A stretch of 64,000 nucleotides of DNA. Source: Dyella sp. (GTDB taxonomy: Bacteria > Pseudomonadota > Gammaproteobacteria > Xanthomonadales > Rhodanobacteraceae). Each line of letters starts with the position of its first letter. The first letter of the stretch is position 1. Positions 56,324 to 64,000 of the stretch are shown here, piece by piece. A program made the position numbers and the translations under genes. The notes under the pieces were generated by a model that had not been told where the DNA came from, ran no database searches, and worked only from the letters and a program-made list of their open reading frames with translations. Where the stretch lies: NCBI GenBank assembly GCA_035508595.1, contig DATJMR010000084.1, forward strand, positions 768-64,767, written 5' to 3'.

Positions 56324-57334
56324 TTATTCGATGGCCAGCATCTTGGTCTGGGATGACTTGCGTTTAGGCGACTGCGCGCGCTGCGCATAGCGCCGTGCCA
56401 GCACCGCGCATACCATCAACTGCATTTGATGAAACAGCATGATAGGCAGCACGATCATGCCCAACGCATGCGCCGGAAACAGCACGTTCGCCATCGGCAC
56501 GCCGCTGGCCAAGCTTTTTTTGGAACCGCAGAACACGACGGTGATTTCGTCTTCGCGGCTGAAACCCAACGCACGCGAGCCATAACGCGTCGCCAGCAAG
56601 GCAAGAGCCAGCAAGATCGCGTTAACCACCAACAATCCGCCCAATACGGATAGCGGAAGCTGCTTCCACAACCCTTGCAACACCGCGGCACTGAACGCCG
56701 TGTACACGACAAGCAAGATGGACCCCTGATCGACGAAACCGATCAACGGGCGATGGCGTTGCACCCAGCCACCGATCCGGCGTTGCGCAATCTGCCCTGC
56801 CACGAACGGCACCAACAGCTGCAACACTATGTCGCCCACCGCATGCCACGACATCGCGCCCTGCCCATGCGCCTGCACGACCAAACCCGTCAGCAGCGGC
56901 GTGACGACGATGCCGATCAAACTGGATGCCGACGCGGAACAAACGGCCGCCGAAACGTTGCCGCGCGCGATGGAGGTAAACGCGATCGACGACTGCACGG
57001 TCGACGGCAACGTGCATAGAAACAAGATGCCTACGTAAAGCCCCGGCGTCACCAGCGGCATCAACAGCGGTTTCAACAGCAAGCCCAGCAGCGGAAACAA
57101 CGCGAACGTGCTGGCCATGACAACCAGGTGCAAGCGCCAGTTGGTGATGCCCGCGATCACGGCCTCACGCGACAACTTGGCGCCGTGCAGAAAGAACAAC
57201 AGCGCTATCGCCAGATTCGTAAGCCACTCAAACACCGTCGCGGCGGCCCCGCGACACGGCAGAAGACTGGCCACGGTCACCGTGCCGATCAAGCAGAGCG
57301 TGAAATTGTCAGGAAGAAAACGACGCAGAGACAT
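56324..57334 (-). CDS. Bile acid:sodium symporter family (YfeH-like)
   Basis: LFFLHGAKLS, PSTVQSSIAFTS.ARGN and FCGSKKSLA. Confidence 0.9.
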   Translation of the reverse strand: MSLRRFLPDNFTLCLIGTVTVASLLPCRGAAATVFEWLTNLAIALLFFLHGAKLSREAVIAGITNWRLHLVVMASTFALFPLLGLLLKPLLMPLVTPGLYVGILFLCTLPSTVQSSIAFTSIARGNVSAAVCSASASSLIGIVVTPLLTGLVVQAHGQGAMSWHAVGDIVLQLLVPFVAGQIAQRRIGGWVQRHRPLIGFVDQGSILLVVYTAFSAAVLQGLWKQLPLSVLGGLLVVNAILLALALLATRYGSRALGFSREDEITVVFCGSKKSLASGVPMANVLFPAHALGMIVLPIMLFHQMQLMVCAVLARRYAQRAQSPKRKSSQTKMLAIE

Positions 57335-57426
57335 GGCTGGAACACCACGAGAAGGACCGTAACAGCGCTATTACAATCGAGCCCTATTGATAAATCAAAT
57401 CACTTTATTGTATCTATTGATTCATT

Positions 57427-58329
57427 ATGGGTATGAATATCAGCTTGCGGCAGCTACGGGTGTTTCTCGGCGTGGCGCAGCAGCGCCATTTCCGTCGCGC
57501 CGCGGAGCATCTGCATCTCAGCCAGCCCGCCGTAAGCCGGCACATCGCCGAGCTGGAAGCCGAGCTCGGCGTGCGCCTGTTCGACCGAAGCACCCGCGAG
57601 GTGATTCCCACCGAGGCTGGACGCTATCTGGAAAGCGCCATCGAACGCGTGCTGGACGAACTCGAAGGCGTGCTGGAACACGTGCACTCCGAAGGCGAGC
57701 GGCGACGCGGAAAAATTCGCATCGCATCCGTGCCTACGTTGTCGGCGAGCCTTATGCCCGCCTGCATTGCCGACTGCGCACGCGAATATCCCGAACTTGC
57801 CATCCAGCTGCACGATCAAACGCAAACGCTGGTCCTCGATAGCGTGCGCGGGGGCGAAGTGGATTTCGGCATAGCGATCGACCCGCCGGAAGCGGGCGAT
57901 TTTGATAGCGAGATCATCATGCGCGATCCGTTCTGCCTGGCCTGTCGCACCGATCACCCGCTCGCGCGGCACAAAACCGTGCCTTGGAAAAAATTGCAGG
58001 GCCAGCGGCTCATCTTGCTGGACTATTCCTCCGGCAGCCGCCGCCTGATCGACCAGATCCTGCAAAAGCAGGGCGTTGAAGCGCATGTCGTGCAGCAGAC
58101 AGGCCACACGCATACGGCGTTCCGCATGGTGGAAGCGGGGCTCGGCGTGACGGTAACGCCCGCACTGTCATCGCCGCCGCCGACACTCGCGGTACGACGA
58201 CTCACGCCCACCGAACAACGCGCCGTCACCCTCATCCACCGACGTCAGCGTTCACTGTCGCCATTGGCCGCCCTGGCCTGGAACCGATTGCGCGAATTGG
58301 CGGCCCAAGGCGCGCTCACGTCGTATTGA
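57427..58329 (+). CDS. LysR family regulator (YfeR-like)
   Basis: SLRQLRVF...LSQPAVSR...LFDRSTREV; divergent from the yfeH-like gene. Confidence 0.92.
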   Translation: MGMNISLRQLRVFLGVAQQRHFRRAAEHLHLSQPAVSRHIAELEAELGVRLFDRSTREVIPTEAGRYLESAIERVLDELEGVLEHVHSEGERRRGKIRIASVPTLSASLMPACIADCAREYPELAIQLHDQTQTLVLDSVRGGEVDFGIAIDPPEAGDFDSEIIMRDPFCLACRTDHPLARHKTVPWKKLQGQRLILLDYSSGSRRLIDQILQKQGVEAHVVQQTGHTHTAFRMVEAGLGVTVTPALSSPPPTLAVRRLTPTEQRAVTLIHRRQRSLSPLAALAWNRLRELAAQGALTSY

Positions 58330-58339
58330 AGGCGGCCTC

Positions 58340-58438
58340 GGCGATGCTCCGAGCGATTCTACGTAGGCGACATGATGTTCATAAGTCCTGCGAACGGACA
58401 AAGCCAACACCTACGTAGAATTGATCAGAGCATCTCTA
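58340..58438. mobile_element. Internally deleted, degenerate copy of the 63504-63774 MITE
   Basis: The right end CACCTACGTAGAATTGATCAGAGCATC and left end GATGCTCCGAGCGATTCTACGTAGG match the ends of the 63.5 kb element. Confidence 0.75.
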
Positions 58439-58470
58439 AGCTGCCGGAACCGCGGCGAGGAGCATGCGTC

Positions 58471-59181
58471 ATGCGCTACGAACTGTATTACTGGGCTGGC
58501 ATTCAGGGTCGCGGAGAATACGTACGCTTGGCGCTGGAAGATGCCGGCGCCGATTACATCGATGTTGCACGGGAACGCGGCGACAACGCTCTGATGCCGT
58601 TTCTGCGCGGCAAGCAAGAGGGGCCGCTGCCCTTCGCGCCGCCCTTTCTCAAAGCGGGCCGCCTCTTGATCGCGCAAACGGCGGCGATTCTCGCTTACCT
58701 GGGCCCGCATCTAGGCTTGGTGCCCGGTGGACAAGCCGCCGAAATCTACGCGCAGCAACTGCAACTGACGATCGCCGATTTCGTGGTGGAAATCCACGAC
58801 ACGCACCACCCCATTGCCGCCAGCTTGTATTACCAGAAGCAACGCGCCGCCGCGCTCAAACGCACGCAGGTCTTTCGCGATGAGCGCTTGCCTAGATTTC
58901 TCGATTACTTCGAAAACGTGGTCGATCGCGGCAACGGCAGAACGGCATTGTCGCGCCACTCCTATGTCGATCTTTCGCTGTTTCAACTTGTCAGCGGACT
59001 GGACTATGCGTTTCCCAACACCATGCACAAGATGCAAAAACGCATACCGCGTTTGCGCGCGTTGGCCGAACGCGTCGCCAAGCGACCGAATATCGCAGCG
59101 TACCTCGCATCCCCGCGACGCATTGCGTTCAACGAGGACGGAATTTTCCGGCACTATCCCGAACTGGATTCCGTGCGCTGA
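58471..59181 (+). CDS. Glutathione S-transferase family protein
   Basis: YELYYWAGIQGRGE, FAPPFL, QTAAIL and SYVDLSLFQ. Confidence 0.9.
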   Translation: MRYELYYWAGIQGRGEYVRLALEDAGADYIDVARERGDNALMPFLRGKQEGPLPFAPPFLKAGRLLIAQTAAILAYLGPHLGLVPGGQAAEIYAQQLQLTIADFVVEIHDTHHPIAASLYYQKQRAAALKRTQVFRDERLPRFLDYFENVVDRGNGRTALSRHSYVDLSLFQLVSGLDYAFPNTMHKMQKRIPRLRALAERVAKRPNIAAYLASPRRIAFNEDGIFRHYPELDSVR

Positions 59182-59201
59182 GAACGCATTCCCGGCGCGC
59201 T

Positions 59202-59633
59202 TCAGAACAACGCGATCACCAGCGATCCCGCGACGATCAGCACGCCGCCGATCAGCACCGGCCAACTTGGCTTCTCGCCCAATAGCAAAAGACCCAGCAC
59301 GATCGCCATGGCAACGCTGAGTTTGTCGATCGGCGCGACTTTGCTCACCGGCCCAAGCTGCAACGCACGGTAGTAGCACAGCCACGAAAGCCCGGTGGCG
59401 ATGCCCGAAAGCACCAGAAATACCCAGCTATGCCACGGCAGTCCGGAGGGTTTCGCCCATTCCGAACGCAAACTGAGAATGCCTGCGGTGACAAGAAGAA
59501 TGACGATGGTGCGAATAAAGGTGGCGAGATTGGAATTGATGCCCGCCACGCCGAGCTTGCCGAAGAACGCCGTCAGCGCGGCGAAGAACGCCGAACCCAG
59601 GGCGAACAGCAGCCAACTTTCGCGCAAGTTCAT
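59202..59633 (-). CDS. EamA (half) transporter
   Basis: ALGSAFFAALT, SNLATFIRT and VAPIDKLSV. Confidence 0.88.
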   Translation of the reverse strand: MNLRESWLLFALGSAFFAALTAFFGKLGVAGINSNLATFIRTIVILLVTAGILSLRSEWAKPSGLPWHSWVFLVLSGIATGLSWLCYYRALQLGPVSKVAPIDKLSVAMAIVLGLLLLGEKPSWPVLIGGVLIVAGSLVIALF

Positions 59634-59644
59634 TCGCCGAGTTT

Positions 59645-60184
59645 TTACTGGCCGTTGTCTTCGGACGACGAGGCCGAGGCGGGTTTGCTATTGCCCCACT
59701 CCAGGACCTTGTACTCGACCGGCTTCACCCGCGTGCGGCTGACCGGATCGAACATGTTGCCGTTCTGGTCCACGTTGTACACCTGCTGCGGGCCGTGCTT
59801 GGGCGTCACCACCACCATGTACACGCGTCCGTTTTGACGGAATTCCTGGATGGTGTTCTCGCCTTGCTGGCGCACCGTCACATCCGGCGGCGGCTGACCG
59901 TTGGCATCGTGCTCGGATGCCGGTACGCCTGCCACTTTCGGCACCGGAATGGGCTTGCCCGGCAGATGGCTCGGCTCCAGCTCCGCGGGGCTCGATACCG
60001 GCTTGCTACTGCTACTGCTTGCGGCAGCGGCCGGTTCCTTGGCGGGATTGACACCCGGATCGTTCAAGCCCGGCGGCGGCGGCGCCGGCGCGAACTGCGG
60101 CTTGGCGGATGAGGACGAGGACTGCGCAAAAACCGACGAAGCGGCTAAAAACGAAACGGCAAGCAAGCTGGCGGCGTATTTCAT
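59645..60184 (-). CDS. DUF2782 domain exported protein
   Basis: Signal peptide, Pro/Ser linker and IQEFRQNGRVYMVVVTP; divergent from polA. Confidence 0.8.
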   Translation of the reverse strand: MKYAASLLAVSFLAASSVFAQSSSSSAKPQFAPAPPPPGLNDPGVNPAKEPAAAASSSSSKPVSSPAELEPSHLPGKPIPVPKVAGVPASEHDANGQPPPDVTVRQQGENTIQEFRQNGRVYMVVVTPKHGPQQVYNVDQNGNMFDPVSRTRVKPVEYKVLEWGNSKPASASSSEDNGQ

Positions 60185-60339
60185 GGCGATAGACCTCGTC
60201 AGGGCCTTCAAGCATAGCAGCGGGCGATTCGCCCGGCAGTGAACGGGAAGCGCAAGGCACGCAGAACGCGCGCCGCATCGCAAGGCGCTCGCACGCTCCA
60301 TTTCCTCCCCGTCATCGTAGGTTCGACTAGAATCGCCGG

Positions 60340-63096
60340 ATGCCAAAACTTACGCTCATCGACGGCTCGTCGTATCTGTATCGCGCCTTCCACGCGCTGC
60401 CGCCCCTTAGCAATGCCAGCGGCGAACCTACCGGCGCTTTGTTTGGCGTGGTCAACATGTTGCGCGCAACCTTGAAGGACAAGCCCGATTACGTGGCGTT
60501 CGTTTCCGACGCATCGGGCCCCACCTTCCGCAACGTGCTGTACGACAAGTACAAGGCAAACCGCCCGCCGATGCCGGACGAATTGCGCGCGCAGATCGAA
60601 CCGATGCTGGCGATCGTCGGCGCACTGGGCTTTCCGATTCTGCGTGTGAGCGGCGTGGAAGCCGACGATGTCATCGGCACACTCGCCACGCAAGCGCACG
60701 AGCACGGTATCGATGTGCTGATTTCCACCGGCGACAAGGATCTCGCACAGTTGGTGCGCCCCGGCATCACGCTGATCAATACGATGACCAATGCCACCAT
60801 GGACAGCGCCGCCGTGGTGGACAAGTTCGGCGTCAAACCGGAGCAGATCGTCGATTTCTTAAGTCTTACCGGTGACACGGTCGACAACGTGCCCGGCGTA
60901 ACCAAATGCGGCCCGAAAACCGCGGCAAAATGGCTGGCCGAATACGGCACGCTCGATGGCGTGATCGCGCATGCCGACAAAGTTGGCGGCAAGATCGGCG
61001 AATACCTGCGCGAGGCGCTCCCGTCGCTGCCACTGTCGCGCCAGCTGGTAACCATCAAGACCGATGTGCCGCTGGATGTCACCGTGCCGCAATTGATGCT
61101 GCGCGATCGCGATACCACCGCGCTGCGCGAGCTGTTCGCACGCTACGAATTCAAAGCGGCGCTGAAAGAGTTGGAGAACGCGGCGGCGAACGTCGCCGAA
61201 CAGCAACCCGCTTCCGATACGGCCGCCATCCAGGTTATCGAGCCCTCGCGCATCGATATTTCGTCGCCATCGGTCGAGCTCGGCGCACCCGGGCGTTACG
61301 AACTGATCACCACGCAGGCACAGTTCGATCAGTGGCTGTCGCGCCTGCACGACGCGCCCCTGATCGCGTTCGACACGGAAACCACCAGCCTGGACGCGAT
61401 GCAAGCGGATATCGTTGGCGTAAGTCTTTCGGTGCAACCCGGATACGCCTGCTATATCCCGCTCGGGCACGATTATCCCGGCGCACCGGCGCAACTTCCG
61501 CGCGACAAAGTGCTCGCCGCGCTCAAGCCGTTGCTCGAAGACCCCAAACGCCCCAAGGTAGGGCAACATGCCAAGTACGACATGAACATTCTGTCGCACT
61601 ACGGTATCGCGGTGCAGGGTCTTAAGCACGACACCATGCTGGAATCCTACGTGTGGAACGCGACGGCCACGCGTCACGATATGGATTCGCTGGCGAAAAA
61701 ATACCTCGGCTACGACACGGTGAAGTACGAAGAAGTCGCCGGCAAGGGCGCCAAGCAGATTTCGTTCTCGCAGGTGGATCTGGATACGGCCTGCCGCTAC
61801 GCCGCCGAAGATGCCGATGTCACTTTGCGTTTGCATCATGCGCTGTGGCCGCTGCTGGAAGGCGAGCCGAAGCTGCGCCGGGTTTACGAAGAAATCGAAA
61901 TACCGCTCGTGCCCGTGCTCGCCAGCATGGAACAACGCGGCGTGCTGATCGACGTCAACGAACTGCGCAAGCAGAGCCAGCAGCTAGGCAAGCGCATGCA
62001 CGAGCTGCAGCAGGAAGCGTGGAAATCCGCCGGCCGCGAATTCAACCTCGAATCGCCCAAGCAATTGCAGGCGATCCTGTTCGACGAACTCGGCTTGCCG
62101 GCAAAGCTCAAGACGCCCACCGGACAACCTTCCACCAACGAAGAAGCGCTGGAAGCCATCGCCGACGACCATCCGCTTCCGCGTTTGATCCTCCAATATC
62201 GCGGCTTGGCGAAACTGCGTTCCACCTACACGGAAAAGCTGGCCGAGATCGTCAATCCGCGCACCGGTCGCGTGCACACCAGCTATCACCAGGGCGCGGT
62301 GGCGACGGGGCGCATCTCTTCCAACGATCCGAACCTGCAGAACATTCCGGTCCGTACCGAGGAAGGCCGACGCATCCGCCAGGCATTCATCGCACCGCAG
62401 GGCTGGCTGGTGATGGCCGCCGATTACTCGCAAATCGAGTTGCGCATCATGGCCCATCTGTCGGGCGACGAAGGCTTGCTGCGCGCGTTCCACGAAGGTG
62501 GCGACATCCATCGCGCCACCGCCGCGGAAGTGTTCGGCCTGGAACCCGAGGCCGTCACCAACAACCAGCGCCGCGCCGCCAAAGCGATCAACTTCGGCTT
62601 GATGTACGGCATGAGCGCGTTCGGTCTGGCGCGACAGCTTGGCGTCGATCGCGGCGAAGCCAGCGATTACATGGCGCGCTACTTCTCGCGCTATCCCGGC
62701 GTGCATGCCTTTATGGAAGCCACGCGCGAACGCGCGCATCGCGACGGCTATGTGGAAACGCTGTTCGGTCGTCGGTTGTATCTGGAAAATCTAAGCGCGC
62801 GCAATCAGGCCTTGCGCGCGGGTGCGGAACGCGCGGCCGTCAACGCACCCATGCAAGGCACGGCAGCCGACATTATCAAGCGCGCCATGATCGCCTTGTC
62901 CGCCTGGTTGAAAGATCACGACGACGAAGCACACATGCTGATGCAGGTGCACGACGAACTGGTATTCGAAGTTCGCGCCGATGCCGTCGATACCGTGCGT
63001 GAGGCGATCCGCGAGCGCATGTCAGGGGCAGCCGAGCTACGCGTTCCATTGGTGGTGGATGTGGGCGTGGGCAAGAACTGGGACGAAGCGCATTGA
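60340..63096 (+). CDS. polA: DNA polymerase I
   Basis: IDGSSYLYRAFHA, FDTETT, ADYSQIELR, KAINFGLMYG and QVHDEL. Confidence 0.99.
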   Translation: MPKLTLIDGSSYLYRAFHALPPLSNASGEPTGALFGVVNMLRATLKDKPDYVAFVSDASGPTFRNVLYDKYKANRPPMPDELRAQIEPMLAIVGALGFPILRVSGVEADDVIGTLATQAHEHGIDVLISTGDKDLAQLVRPGITLINTMTNATMDSAAVVDKFGVKPEQIVDFLSLTGDTVDNVPGVTKCGPKTAAKWLAEYGTLDGVIAHADKVGGKIGEYLREALPSLPLSRQLVTIKTDVPLDVTVPQLMLRDRDTTALRELFARYEFKAALKELENAAANVAEQQPASDTAAIQVIEPSRIDISSPSVELGAPGRYELITTQAQFDQWLSRLHDAPLIAFDTETTSLDAMQADIVGVSLSVQPGYACYIPLGHDYPGAPAQLPRDKVLAALKPLLEDPKRPKVGQHAKYDMNILSHYGIAVQGLKHDTMLESYVWNATATRHDMDSLAKKYLGYDTVKYEEVAGKGAKQISFSQVDLDTACRYAAEDADVTLRLHHALWPLLEGEPKLRRVYEEIEIPLVPVLASMEQRGVLIDVNELRKQSQQLGKRMHELQQEAWKSAGREFNLESPKQLQAILFDELGLPAKLKTPTGQPSTNEEALEAIADDHPLPRLILQYRGLAKLRSTYTEKLAEIVNPRTGRVHTSYHQGAVATGRISSNDPNLQNIPVRTEEGRRIRQAFIAPQGWLVMAADYSQIELRIMAHLSGDEGLLRAFHEGGDIHRATAAEVFGLEPEAVTNNQRRAAKAINFGLMYGMSAFGLARQLGVDRGEASDYMARYFSRYPGVHAFMEATRERAHRDGYVETLFGRRLYLENLSARNQALRAGAERAAVNAPMQGTAADIIKRAMIALSAWLKDHDDEAHMLMQVHDELVFEVRADAVDTVREAIRERMSGAAELRVPLVVDVGVGKNWDEAH

Positions 63097-63270
63097 TGGC
63101 CACCCGCCCCGGTTCTCTTCACTGCTAGAAGCCGGGCAAGTTCAGCGGATGCCTCGGCAGGTTGCGATCTTGCGAAGGGCACGTTTTTTCGATCTGAATC
63201 GCCGCTGACCATTTCCGATTTTTTAGTCCTGCCCTTGCAACTTTCAGGCTAAACCGTGCTCTAACTCTTC

Positions 63271-63395
63271 GGATGCACGCAACGGCATCCCCCGGCGCCC
63301 ACCTCCCTGGGCCGCCACCCGGAATCGGCCCTCTCCCCTGGGTCGCCGATTCCCCGGCCCCGAGGACTCCCCCTAAGTTCTCGGGGCTTTTTATT
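63271..63395 (+). ncRNA. sX13-like small RNA
   Basis: Downstream of polA; three stem-loops with C-rich loops (ACCTCCCT, CTCTCCCCT, CTCCCCCT), the last ending in a U-tract terminator. Confidence 0.75.
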
Positions 63396-63503
63396 GCCTA
63401 AAACTACCGCTCCGATGACTTTCGGACGGGACAGATGGCGATCCAACCGTTAGGATGGTGTTACGGGGCGGCTGCCGCCCGCCAACCGCCCGAGCGAAGA
63501 GCC

Positions 63504-63774
63504 AGGGATGCTCTGATCAATTCTGCGTAGGTGGCATGATGTCCAGAAGGCTCACAGGGTGTATTGCGCGTCGCAGAGCAGACTGGCCGTCTGTTCAAGC
63601 CGCGTGGCACGGCCTGTGAGCCTTCTGGACATCACCCTTCGGGCCGGTGCTGTCCGTTCGCATGCCTTCGGCCCATCGCCTCGACAGACGGCCAGTCTGC
63701 CTTCGCCGATGGTCCTGTGGCATGCGAACGGACAGCGCCGGTGACACCTACGCAGAATTGATCAGAGCATCCCT
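63504..63774. mobile_element. MITE-like element with 33-bp terminal inverted repeats and nested internal inverted repeats
   Basis: AGGGATGCTCTGATCAATTCTGCGTAGGTGGCA vs TGACACCTACGCAGAATTGATCAGAGCATCCCT (one mismatch); no transposase. Confidence 0.8.
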
Positions 63775-63775
63775 C

Positions 63776-64000
63776 GTGCATATCAAAGGGAAACCGACTT
63801 CCTTCGACATCGCCCACCTCACCGGGGTCTCGCAGTCCACGGTGTCGCGAGCGCTGCGCGGCAGCCCGTTGGTGAGCGAGGAAACGCGCCAGCGCATCAA
63901 GGCCGCCGCGGACCAGCTCAATTACAAAGTCGACAAAAACGCGTCGAACTTGCGTTCGCAACATTCGGGCACGTTGGCGCTGCTGCTGTTCGAAGATCCC
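63776..64000 (+). CDS. LacI family transcriptional regulator (5' part, truncated by window; absent from the ORF track)
   Basis: GTG start, translating MHIKGKPTSFDIAHLTGVSQSTVSRALRGSPLVSEETRQRI...LNYKVDKNASNLRSQ. Confidence 0.9.
   Translation, partial: MHIKGKPTSFDIAHLTGVSQSTVSRALRGSPLVSEETRQRIKAAADQLNYKVDKNASNLRSQHSGTLALLLFEDP

Noticed and set aside
63504-63774. Possible CRISPR array or riboswitch from repeated segments
   Set aside because: The repeats are inverted, not direct with spacers; no cas genes; no aptamer consensus recognised.

Overview
GC-rich chromosomal segment of a Xanthomonadales-type gammaproteobacterium, most like Rhodanobacteraceae/Dyella by gene content and order (inference). 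It is mostly core genome. In order: the 3' end of a putative EF/ExoY-like nucleotidyl-cyclase toxin gene; thiC with a TPP riboswitch; pcm-tolC; an LPS core/lipid A locus (waaA, lpxL, glycosyltransferases, waaL); glnE; a ~15 kb sulfate uptake and assimilation cluster (OprO/P-type porin, sbp-cysTWA, cysJIH, fused sat-cysC, cysB, cysG, 1-Cys peroxiredoxin); groESL with a CIRCE operator and sigma32-like promoter; cutA, a 4-gene insertion, then dsbD-tlpA-aroQ-accBC-prmA-fis-purH; polA followed by an sX13-like C-rich small RNA; a highly structured MITE-like element; and the start of a LacI regulator. The most notable signal not explained by the ORF track is in-phase tandem 8-bp Met boxes (AGACGTCT-like MetJ operators) at three control points of the sulfate cluster and one strong box before purH. 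This suggests SAM/MetJ-type control of sulfate assimilation layered on CysB, although no metJ gene lies in this window. No CRISPR array, tRNA/rRNA or transposase gene was seen. All calls come from reading the sequence and recalled family motifs; no searches were run.
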